DNA of 62,746 bases, the filler included. It is 4 parts of 4 records of this genome, joined end to end, with 100 filler letters (N's around TTAATTAATTAA, not from the genome) between each part and the next. Parts side by side here need not be neighbours in the genome. Positions count along the whole stretch, not along the records: positions 1 to 27,105 come from SRR20825019_1721; 3 more parts are not named here. The stretch is one strand, 5' to 3'. The number at the start of each line of letters is the position of its first letter. Position 1 is the stretch's first letter. A program made the position numbers and the translations under genes. The notes below the pieces were generated by a model. The model did not search any database. It saw nothing but the letters and a program-made list of their open reading frames with translations, and was not told where the DNA came from. Of this stretch, positions 10,155 to 19,300 are shown piece by piece.

Positions 10155-10511
10155 TCAGAGTGAAAGGGCTGCATCCGCGCTTGCTGGTACAAGCGCAAAA
10201 ACAGCGTCGATTAAGTCGTCTGGCGGACCGAAGGCACTATTTTTTGCCATCGTGATATTATGAACGGCAAGTAACAGACAAACTGCCATCGCTGGCACAG
10301 CGAGACGGCGAAACATCATAGACATCGTGCCTGCAATCTCGATCATACCGTCCACCATGCCGGGCGCTGGCTCCTCCCCTTTATCGAGACGGTTCAGCAC
10401 ACGATCGACAAAGCCGGACTCAAAGCGCTTAGGTATGTGGGTCTCCAGCATATGGACAAGCCGGTCGTCCGCCTTCTCTGCTTCGGTCATCAGTTTGAGT
10501 TTCTCAACCAT
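10155..10511 (-). CDS. Putative single-TM anti-sigma factor
   Basis: Overlaps the ECF stop; GFVDRVL motif followed by one TM segment. Confidence 0.7.
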   Translation of the reverse strand: MVEKLKLMTEAEKADDRLVHMLETHIPKRFESGFVDRVLNRLDKGEEPAPGMVDGMIEIAGTMSMMFRRLAVPAMAVCLLLAVHNITMAKNSAFGPPDDLIDAVFALVPASADAALSL

Positions 10512-11070
10512 GCTTATAGTCCTCCAGTTGCGCGGCCATTTGTTTTTTAGCGCGCGCCAGTCTTGAAAGTATCGTGCCCTCAGGCATACCAAGGATTGCT
10601 GCCGTTTCAGATGTGGAGTGACCCTCTATGAGTCGCAGCACAATCACACTGCGAAAAGGCACGGGCAGGTTCATCAATGCACGGGCAATCGCTTGTCTCT
10701 CTTCCGCTTGCTTGCCGCTATCGACCGGACCGACAAGGGCATGGTCCATCTCGTAGTCAAGCGCCCTGAAGCGGCGGAAAAACCTCTTTCGTTTCTTGAG
10801 GTGGTCGAGGCAATGGTTGATCGCTATCCGGGTGACAAAAGTCTTGAGGCTTGCCTCACCTCTGAACCCACCAAGCGCTGCGTATAATTTCATCATCACC
10901 TCTTGCCCGATGTCATCCGCATCTGCACCCGGCCCCACCATGCCAAACACAACCCCGGCAACAGTGGTTTCGTAGTGTTCAACCAGCGTACGGAATGCCT
11001 CAGTGTCGCCACCAAGCACCCTTGCCACCAGCATTTCATCACTATGTGTACCCATGCCTGTCTTCGCCAT
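10504..11070 (-). CDS. ECF-family RNA polymerase sigma factor
   Basis: GDTEAFRTLVEHY, ADDIGQE, FRGEASLKTFVTRIAIN, ETAAILGMPEGTILSRLARA; start could be 11097. Confidence 0.93.
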   Translation of the reverse strand: MAKTGMGTHSDEMLVARVLGGDTEAFRTLVEHYETTVAGVVFGMVGPGADADDIGQEVMMKLYAALGGFRGEASLKTFVTRIAINHCLDHLKKRKRFFRRFRALDYEMDHALVGPVDSGKQAEERQAIARALMNLPVPFRSVIVLRLIEGHSTSETAAILGMPEGTILSRLARAKKQMAAQLEDYKHG

Positions 11071-11256
11071 GGCGTTCGCCAAAACCCCGCCTTTCACGTC
11101 GCTGATATATCAGCTGCGCGGTTATACTTGCTGGTCGAGGCCCGATGGGACAAGACGCAAAGACTCGGCGCCCCAAATACCCCTGATCCTTCCAACAACG
11201 CCCACACATTCCACTCATTGGGCCAAATGGTACAAAGCTCGTCCAGAGAAAAACTT

Positions 11257-11682
11257 TCAGGAGTCACGAGATTTCATGAATTTTTTCATGCGCGCTCGCC
11301 GCTCGTCCTGAATGGTTTTATATGTTTTCATCTGCTCCCTGCTGAGGTGGCGTGAAAGGGCGGCTTCGGTATCAGCCCGAACAGCTTTCATTTCTCTGGC
11401 AAGACTTAGTTTTTCCCTGAGTGAAAGCTTGGGTTTTACCCCTTTACCAAAACCGTGTTTCTCAAGAATTCCAAGCTGCTTCTCCCTGCTTGCCTCCAGA
11501 ATCGGTGTGACCTTTTCCTCCTGTTCGGCTGTGAGGCCAAGTCGAACTTTATTCTCCTCCGCGCGTTCCGTTAGCGCTTCAAGGGTCGCAGCATCTAAAC
11601 GCTGCTGAGCCCAGGCCTGAGCACCATGCCCTGTAACAACTATGACAACCACACACAAAAGGGCTCGAAAACTCACAAACAA
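11257..11682 (-). CDS. Periplasmic Spy/CpxP-like helical protein
   Basis: Signal peptide, LGLTAEQ and LSREQ (LTxxQ-like) motifs. Confidence 0.7.
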   Translation of the reverse strand: MFVSFRALLCVVVIVVTGHGAQAWAQQRLDAATLEALTERAEENKVRLGLTAEQEEKVTPILEASREKQLGILEKHGFGKGVKPKLSLREKLSLAREMKAVRADTEAALSRHLSREQMKTYKTIQDERRARMKKFMKSRDS

Positions 11683-11719
11683 AATATTTCTCCGTCGTGT
11701 TCATGTTTACTGTTCCCCT

Positions 11720-11748
11720 TTAGACGCCACATCGACCGGCATCATTCC
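11720..11748 (-). promoter_or_regulatory. Putative ECF sigma promoter GGAATGA-N15-CGTCTAA
   Basis: 37 nt upstream of the Spy-like start; same boxes as 9703-9731. Confidence 0.75.
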
Positions 11749-11759
11749 CACTAACGAAC

Positions 11760-11792
11760 AATATTCCACTATAGGCGTAATATTCCGCTATA
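11760..11792. repeat. Direct repeat AATATTCCRCTATA x2, 19-bp period, candidate operator
   Basis: Copies at 11760-11773 and 11779-11792, in the divergent region upstream of the XRE gene. Confidence 0.55.
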
Positions 11793-11880
11793 TTCATCTG
11801 GCATTCCGAGCATGACTTCCAAAGAATGTGTTGTGTTTTCAACGAAATACGCGGTGCAAAAACACCCAAAGGAGACCAGC

Positions 11881-12564
11881 ATGAAGTTTGGTGATTATCT
11901 ACGACAGACACGAGAAAAAGCTGGCCTGACCCAGCCCGAGGCCGCAGCGAGGGCCGATATTGAACAATCCTACCTTTCCAAGCTGGAAACCGGGAAGTCC
12001 TACCCTTCGGAAGATATATTCACGCGGCTTATTGCCGCCTATTCCATCGATGTGGAAGACCTGTGCCGGTCTGTGTTCGCAGCGGAGCTGGATAAGCTCC
12101 GCGAGATCAAGGATGTGCGCCGGGTGATCCTTACCCGCCAGAACAAGGAAAGCCGGTTTGTGCGCGCCTGGCTTATTGCGGGCCTTATCATGATCATGCT
12201 CGGCGGCGGCATGTTCGGCCTCGCCTATTCGATCCCCGATGGTAGGCATATGGAATATTCCTACCGCTCGGAAGGTGTGATCCAGCAGGGCGAATCGCCC
12301 ATGATTTTCGAGTTCCTGTCCGTTGGCGGACCGGACAGTGAGAACCGCAGCCTGAGCGACAGGGTGGATTATGCGTTCAAAACCTTGAGCGAGAACAAAG
12401 GCAACAGCTTCATTGAACCAGTAGAGGGCGGATACCGGAAATACACGCTGTTTGACAGCGTCAAAGCCAACCATCCCTCCGCTATAAGCTGGCATTATGC
12501 CTTCGGGATCATGTTCCTTTGTGGCGGGCTGGCATGCTTTTACATCAGCCGCCGCTGGCGATAG
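11881..12564 (+). CDS. XRE-family HTH regulator with two TM segments
   Basis: MKFGDYLRQTREKAGLTQPEAA...QSYLSKLETGK, then two hydrophobic helices flanking a loop. Confidence 0.87.
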   Translation: MKFGDYLRQTREKAGLTQPEAAARADIEQSYLSKLETGKSYPSEDIFTRLIAAYSIDVEDLCRSVFAAELDKLREIKDVRRVILTRQNKESRFVRAWLIAGLIMIMLGGGMFGLAYSIPDGRHMEYSYRSEGVIQQGESPMIFEFLSVGGPDSENRSLSDRVDYAFKTLSENKGNSFIEPVEGGYRKYTLFDSVKANHPSAISWHYAFGIMFLCGGLACFYISRRWR

Positions 12565-12587
12565 ACCGGACGCATTGTCATCAGTTT

Positions 12588-12628
12588 AAACCGGCCCCTG
12601 ATTGTTTTATCTCGGGGCCGGTTTTTTT
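12588..12628 (+). terminator. Intrinsic terminator
   Basis: AAACCGGCCCC...GGGGCCGGTTT stem plus T-run. Confidence 0.8.
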
Positions 12629-12697
12629 GTTGCACCGTTCGCGACACTGAAGCAGAATCACAGCATCACTGTTCGCCTGACCACAACGGAGCCTATC

Positions 12698-13603
12698 ATG
12701 GATTTATCTGCCATTCGCACCTTCTGCCGCGCCGTTGAAACGGGTAACCTGACAGCCGCCGCAAAGGCGCTTCATATCACCAAATCCGTGGCTTCCCGCC
12801 GTATACAGATGCTGGAAGACGACTTGGGCGTCAGGCTGCTGGCCCGCACCACAAAAGGCGTAGCTCCGACCGACCAAGGCATGCTTTTTTATGAGCGCAG
12901 CCTTCGCATTCTCGATGACCTTGAAGATGCGGCACAGGCGGTAAAGTGCACGGATGATAACCTTGTGGGCACGCTGCGCATTACAGCGCCCCGCAGTTTT
13001 GCAGACCTGTTTCTCGGTGCGCCCTTGATGGAATTTATCGCAAAGCACCCTGACCTGAAGTTTGAAATGAACCTCACGGATGAACGTGTGGATATTATTG
13101 GTGGCGGGTATGACCTCGGCCTGCGCATCACTCGCGAGCTGGATGACACCAGCCTGATTGCCCGCAAGCTTGCCACTATGCGCAGCCACCTTGTGGCCAG
13201 CCCGGGTTATATTGCTGAGTATGGAGAACCCAAAAAGCCGGAAGACCTGCGTGACCATGCCTGCGTGTTTTATTCAAACGTCGAGGCTGCCAAACATTGG
13301 CGTTTTGGTAGCGGTGCCTCAGGCGAAGGTGTACGCATCAAAGGGCGTATCACAAGCAACTCTGGCCAGATGCAGCTCGAAGCCGCGCTTGCCGGACTGG
13401 CTATTGCCAATCTGCCGCGTTTTTATGTGCATGAAGGGCTGGAAAGCGGCCGCCTTGTTGAGATGCTGGCAGACTTCCCGCGTTCAGCTACCATGCTCTA
13501 TGCCCTCTATCCTGAGCGGCGCCTGCTGCCGATGAAAGTACGCGCGCTCATTGACCATCTGGCTGAATGGTTTGGCCAAGACTGCAACGCCTGCAACCTT
13601 TAA
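12698..13603 (+). CDS. LysR-family regulator (CrgA-like)
   Basis: HTH LTAAAKALHITKSVASRRIQMLEDDLGVRLLARTT; C-terminal KVRALIDHL. Confidence 0.95.
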   Translation: MDLSAIRTFCRAVETGNLTAAAKALHITKSVASRRIQMLEDDLGVRLLARTTKGVAPTDQGMLFYERSLRILDDLEDAAQAVKCTDDNLVGTLRITAPRSFADLFLGAPLMEFIAKHPDLKFEMNLTDERVDIIGGGYDLGLRITRELDDTSLIARKLATMRSHLVASPGYIAEYGEPKKPEDLRDHACVFYSNVEAAKHWRFGSGASGEGVRIKGRITSNSGQMQLEAALAGLAIANLPRFYVHEGLESGRLVEMLADFPRSATMLYALYPERRLLPMKVRALIDHLAEWFGQDCNACNL

Positions 13604-13711
13604 GTCCCGCCGCGTTCGTTTTTAAACAACACCGCCTTCGTTTTTCCCGCCCTACTGAGTACCGCCATAATCCTTATTTAGAGTTCATGACAATGAATGA
13701 AGGAGGCGAAC

Positions 13712-14686
13712 ATGGGTTTGCTCATCGACGGCAAATGGCACGACAAGGGATACGATACAAAAGACGACGGGCGCTTCAAGCGCGAAGACTCTGCTTTCCG
13801 TAGCTGGATCACAGCGTCAGGAGAGGCTGGCTCGTCCGGCAACCAAGGCTTCAAGGCTGAAGCCGGACGCTATCATCTTTATGTATCACTCGCCTGCCCA
13901 TGGGCGCACCGCACTCTTACAATGCGCGCGCTCAAAGGCCTCGAAGATATGATCAGTGTCTCCGTAGTTGGCATGAGCATGCTTGAGGACGGCTGGACCT
14001 TCGATAAAGACGATGGCAGCACGGGTGACCCCCTGTTCGGTGCACGTTTTTTGCGTGATATCTACACTCGCGCCAAAGCCGACTATACCGGCCGGGTAAC
14101 CGTGCCTGTGCTTTGGGACAAAAAAACCGGCACTATCGTCTCAAATGAAAGCGCCGATATCATCCGCATGCTAAACAGCGCGTTTGATGGCCTTGGCGCA
14201 AAAGAAGGGGATTATTACCCTGAACTATTGCGTGCCGAGATCGATGAGATTAACGAGCGTGTTTATCACACGGTCAATAACGGTGTGTATAAAGCGGGCT
14301 TTGCTACCACGCAAAGCGCTTATGAAGAAGCTGTTGTGCCGCTTTTTGAAACGCTTGACTGGCTTGAAGAACGGTTGGCGGAAAACCGCTATCTCGCCGG
14401 TGACACTATCACCGAGGCAGACATTCGGCTGTTCACCACGCTTGTACGGTTTGACCCCGTATATGTGGGGCATTTCAAATGCAACATTCGCCGCATCGCT
14501 GACTATCCGGAGCTGAGCGCTTATTTGCGCGAAATATATCAGCTGCCCGGTGTGAAAGAGACGGTGGATATGACCCACATCAAAACGCACTATTACAAAA
14601 GCCACAAGACGATCAACCCAACCGGCATTATCCCGGCCGGCCCCGTGGTGGATTTTGATGCGCCACATGGCCGTGATTGGCTCTGA
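13712..14686 (+). CDS. yqjG: Glutathionyl-hydroquinone reductase (GST Xi class)
   Basis: MGLLIDGKW, SLACPWAHR, TVPVLWDKK, NNGVYKAGFA, INPTGIIP. Confidence 0.95.
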   Translation: MGLLIDGKWHDKGYDTKDDGRFKREDSAFRSWITASGEAGSSGNQGFKAEAGRYHLYVSLACPWAHRTLTMRALKGLEDMISVSVVGMSMLEDGWTFDKDDGSTGDPLFGARFLRDIYTRAKADYTGRVTVPVLWDKKTGTIVSNESADIIRMLNSAFDGLGAKEGDYYPELLRAEIDEINERVYHTVNNGVYKAGFATTQSAYEEAVVPLFETLDWLEERLAENRYLAGDTITEADIRLFTTLVRFDPVYVGHFKCNIRRIADYPELSAYLREIYQLPGVKETVDMTHIKTHYYKSHKTINPTGIIPAGPVVDFDAPHGRDWL

Positions 14687-14702
14687 GCGCAGGAGAAAGA
14701 AA

Positions 14703-15533
14703 ATGACAGATCGTAAAGTTGAACGCCTGTATCAGGCCGTGGCCACACCTGAAGGACAGGGTGTCACCGTGCACCGTACCATCGGCCGGCCGGATTTCTC
14801 TGTGCTTGATCCCTTCCTGTTGCTTGATGAAATGGTGTTGCCGAAAGATGCAAAAGGCGCAGGCTTCCCTGAGCACCCGCATCGCGGGTTTGAGACAGTG
14901 ACCTATATGCTGTCTGGCCGCATGGAACACGGCGACCGTGTCGGCAACAAAGGAGTTATCGGCCCCGGTGATGCGCAGTGGATGACAGCCGGGCGCGGCA
15001 TCATTCACTCTGAAATGCCAGTAGCGTCAGATGAGGATGTGCATGGTTTCCAGCTCTGGGTGAACCTGCCGTCTGACAAAAAGATGATTCCGCCCCGCTA
15101 TCAGGATGTGACAAAAGCCACGATCCCGACTGTGAACGGGACCGGCTTTGAGGCGCAATTGGTTGCAGGTGAGCTGCTGGGTGAAACCGGGCCCGTACGT
15201 GATATCGCCGTCAAACCCTTCTTTGCTGACATTACACTCACAGCGGAGAAAGCGACGCTACCAGTGGTAATGGGCCATACGGCGTTCGTCTACGGCATCA
15301 AAGGTGGGCTGGTGGTCGGCGGCCAACCTGTGCCGACACGCACCCTCGCTGTGCTGACAGACGGTGATCAAGTCACAGTTAAAGGCAAACCCGGTGCGCA
15401 GTTTCTTATGGTAGCAGGCGCGCCAACGCGGGAGCCTGTGGCACGCTATGGTCCGTTTGTGATGAACACACGAGAAGAAATTCTTGCGACAATTGACGAT
15501 TGGAACAAAGGGCGCTTCCTCGACGCGTCGTAA
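14703..15533 (+). CDS. Pirin-family protein
   Basis: LDPFLLLD, HPHRGFETVTY, MTAGRGIIHSE, YGPFVMN. Confidence 0.95.
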   Translation: MTDRKVERLYQAVATPEGQGVTVHRTIGRPDFSVLDPFLLLDEMVLPKDAKGAGFPEHPHRGFETVTYMLSGRMEHGDRVGNKGVIGPGDAQWMTAGRGIIHSEMPVASDEDVHGFQLWVNLPSDKKMIPPRYQDVTKATIPTVNGTGFEAQLVAGELLGETGPVRDIAVKPFFADITLTAEKATLPVVMGHTAFVYGIKGGLVVGGQPVPTRTLAVLTDGDQVTVKGKPGAQFLMVAGAPTREPVARYGPFVMNTREEILATIDDWNKGRFLDAS

Positions 15534-15534
15534 C

Positions 15535-15675
15535 AGAGGTGTGTTTCCCCTGAAACTCTTAACGAAGCTCTTGAACCCCAATTTTGGGAGCTTCCGCCCC
15601 GGGCCTTTTCCTCCCCCTATTCCTCGCGAAGGCTCGGGGTTCCTCGCAAACTATTGAGACTGCTTAGCTGCGAGC
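15535..15675 (+). ncRNA. Candidate multi-hairpin small RNA or structured 3' UTR
   Basis: Consecutive hairpins with C-rich loops (CCCT, CCCCAAT, TCCTCCCCC); G-U pairs favour the + strand. Confidence 0.3.
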
Positions 15676-15679
15676 CCTT

Positions 15680-16336
15680 TTAACCGTTATAGTCCTTATG
15701 AGGATTGGCTGGGCAAACTTTCACTTCAACCGGGTCCGACCGGAAGTCTGTCTGATAACACTCCCCAAGTAGCGAGCAGTAACAAGCCTTGCCTCTAAGC
15801 TTGTGCCGGGCTTTATCAAACACGTCCCAAAGGTCCGCATTCGAAGCATCTCGCGGCACAATGAAAAGGCTGGCGCCGTTCCCACTTGGCATGATCTGCC
15901 CCGAAACCCCCGACGTGATAATGGGCGCATCAGGCGAGCCATCGATATAGGACTGCACAAACGTCATCCTGTCCGTGCCCTTGTCGGCACAGCACGCGAG
16001 CATCAGGTGCCAAACCGTCTCCACGGGTTGATTATCGTAAAAGAGCGTGAAGCTTTTCACCGCCGCCGGGCCAACACCAGCATTTTCAAGGTTAAGAGAA
16101 ATAACCTTGGAGTCGCTTTGAACGTCGTAATTGCTGGAACTGAGCTGCAGATAGGGCCATGTCTCGGCTTTTACCTGCCTGTAGGCAGCGTCCGATTGCA
16201 AGTATGTCGCAACAAAGCTGGCGGCGGATATTAACACCGCACACACAGCAACAACCAGATTAAGCGTATCCTTGGAGAAGCGCCCGCGCTTCTGGGCAGG
16301 CGCTTCATTGTTATTTGTTTCTGGCTCAGAAGCCAT
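15680..16336 (-). CDS. Hypothetical membrane-anchored protein
   Basis: Strong RBS, single TM, WPYLQ, NAGVGPA, CYCSLLGECY. Confidence 0.75.
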   Translation of the reverse strand: MASEPETNNNEAPAQKRGRFSKDTLNLVVAVCAVLISAASFVATYLQSDAAYRQVKAETWPYLQLSSSNYDVQSDSKVISLNLENAGVGPAAVKSFTLFYDNQPVETVWHLMLACCADKGTDRMTFVQSYIDGSPDAPIITSGVSGQIMPSGNGASLFIVPRDASNADLWDVFDKARHKLRGKACYCSLLGECYQTDFRSDPVEVKVCPANPHKDYNG

Positions 16337-16366
16337 TTTGGAGCCCCCTCCTCCTGGTGTGGTCCT

Positions 16367-19300
16367 TTAGCGCAGGATTGACCGCAAGTGCCGTGTTGCG
16401 AAGCTAAGCTTTGCTACTGTCAGGCCGCCAGATGAACTCAGGTCCTCAATCAGCCGTTCTGCGCGAATGATGCGCGTAGCTTGGGAAGACGCCCAGTCTT
16501 TGGTCGCTTGACGCGCGGTACGTTCGCCCGCTTCAAGACAGACCTTCTCAACCAGCGCACGCTGCTGGTCGGCAAGGTCTTCAAGCTCAGACCGAACAGA
16601 CAGCACATCCCAGTGGTTTTCCGGCTGGATACGGTCTGCGCGCTGACGCAGCCAGTCAAAGCCGAGCCTATCACCAAGCGCGAAATGCACCGCCGCCACA
16701 TAATCCACGCGTTTATCAGCTTTCTCCGCCACTTCAATGATATCCGGGCCGGACGCAAGCACTTCAAAGGCAGATACAAATGTCGCCAGATCGTGGCCAA
16801 CACCGGCTTTCTTGAGCGCATCGCGGCGGCTAACAAAAGCTTCCTGCGCCGGTTCAGACAGGATTTCCTGCTTGATACCAAAGAGCTTTTTCACGGGGTC
16901 AGAGAAACGTTCCACCAACCCACTGACATCAAATGGCCGCGGCAGGTTTCTCAAGACCCACATCACCTGCTGCTTCATGGAATCGGAAACTGACTGGTGC
17001 ATGTCATATTGCACAGTGGCCGGAACCTTATAATCAAGATCGTTGATGGCTTCCCACTGGTCCTGCAGGCCAAAAACAGCCCGCACGATCACGAAGGCCG
17101 CGACAATGTCTTCCACGCCAAGGCCGGTTTCTTCCTTCACTTCATAAACAAAGGTCAGGCCCGCCCAGTTCACCACCTCGTTCGCCAGTACCGTTGCGAT
17201 AATCTCGCGTTTCAGACGGTGGTTTGAAAGGTCGTCCGCAAACCGCTTGCGCAGCACGCTCGGGAAGCCCCACTCGAGCTCAGGCCTGAGCACAGGGTCC
17301 TCGATCAACTTACTTTTAACCAAGATGTCCAGAAGCGACATTTTGGCATAGGCCATCAGCGTTGCGATCTCGGGCCGGGAAAGACCCTGCTCATTCGCCG
17401 CCAACTCGGCAAAACCCTCGTCAGTCGGCAGGTATTCAATCTCGCGGTTCAGCCCGCCATCACGTTCAAGCGCGCGCATCAGGCCAAGGTGATATTCGCG
17501 TGACCGTACCGCATTCGCTTCCGCGAGCGAGATCGCCTGTGTTTGCAGATAATTGTCCGACAGAACGATCTCGGAAACCTCGTCGGTCATCTCAGCGAGC
17601 AGCGCGTCACGATCTTCGGCCTTGAGGTTTTTGTTCGCGATCGCACCCGTAAGCAAAATCTTGATGTTCACTTCTTTATCGGAGCAATCCACACCGGCGG
17701 AGTTGTCGATAAAGTCGGTGTTCAGGCGGCCACCACGGCGGCCAAATTCGATCCGTGACTTCTGCGTCATGCCAAGGTTGCCGCCTTCACCGATAACCTT
17801 CACCTTAAGCTCAGACGCTGTGACCCTGAGGCCGTCATTCGCGCGGTCACCAACTTGTGCGTTGCTCTCTGCTGTTGCCCGTACGTAGGTACCGATACCG
17901 CCAAACCACAGGAGATCCGCTTCCGCTTTCATGATCATATGAATGAGGTCGGTCGGCGTCATCGCGTCCGCTTCAACCTTCAGCCATTCTTTGATCTCAG
18001 GCGTGAGTGAAATTGATTTCGAGGAGCGCGCGAAGATACCGCCGCCTTTTGAAATCAGCTTCTTGTCATAATCTTCCCAGCTTGAGCGCGGCATATCAAA
18101 CATGCGTTTGCGCTCTTTCCATGCAGCTTTGGTGTCGCCCGGGTTAGGGTCGATAAAGATATGCATGTGGTTGAAGGCGGCTTTCAGGCGAATGGTCTTT
18201 GAGAGCAGCATGCCATTACCAAACACGTCGCCTGACATATCACCCACACCGATAACGGTAAATTCGTCCTTCTGGACGTTGATGCCCATCTCGCGGAAGT
18301 GGCGCTGAACGCTGACCCAGCCACCTTTCGCGGTAATGCCCATCTTCTTGTGGTCATAACCGTTGGAGCCGCCGCTTGCGAAGGCGTCACCAAGCCAGAA
18401 CTTCTGGTCTACAGAAATGCCGTTTGAAATATCAGAGAATGTTGCGGTGCCTTTGTCTGCCGCCACAACCAGGTAAGGGTCGTCACCATCGCGGCGCACC
18501 ACATCCTTCGGCGGTTTTACCTTGTTGCCCACAAGGTTATCCGTGACCGACAAAAGGCTGGAGATAAACGTGCGGTAAGCCGCGATACCTTCAGCCATGA
18601 AGGCTTCCCGGTCGCTCATGGGGGGTAGCTGTTTTGGATAAAAGCCACCTTTTGCGCCCTGAGGCACAATCACCGCATTTTTCACCTGCTGTGCTTTCAC
18701 GAGACCAAGCACTTCGGTGCGGAAATCCTCACGCCGGTCAGACCAGCGAAGGCCGCCGCGCGCCACGGGCCCACCGCGCAAGTGCACACCTTCAACGCGC
18801 GGGTTGTAAACCCAGATCTCGGCAAACGGTTTAGGCAGCGGCATTTCGTCCACTTCGCGGGAGCGAATCTTGAACGCGAGGGCGCGCTCATCAACCCCGT
18901 CAATCACACCGGGTTGGTAGAAGTTTGTACGAATGGTTGCGCGAATAACATTCCTATAGGCGCGCATGATACGGTCATGATCAAGGCTGTTCACCGCATC
19001 CATCAGACTGCGGATATCGGTGACAATATTATTCGCCATGGTATCGCGGTTTGTGGTTTCATAGGCCGGGTCGAATTGCACCTTGAAAAGCGCCACAAGC
19101 TGGGCGGATATCTGGGCGTTATCAACCATGCTGTCGGCGATATAATCTGGCGTATACCCCATACCGAGCTGACGCAGGTATTTGCCGTACGCCCGCAGGA
19201 TCAAGATTTCCTGCCAGCTCATGGCAGATGTGATCACCAGTTCGTTAAAGCCGTCATTTTCCACCTTGCTGTGCCATACCTTGACAAACAGTTCTTCAAT

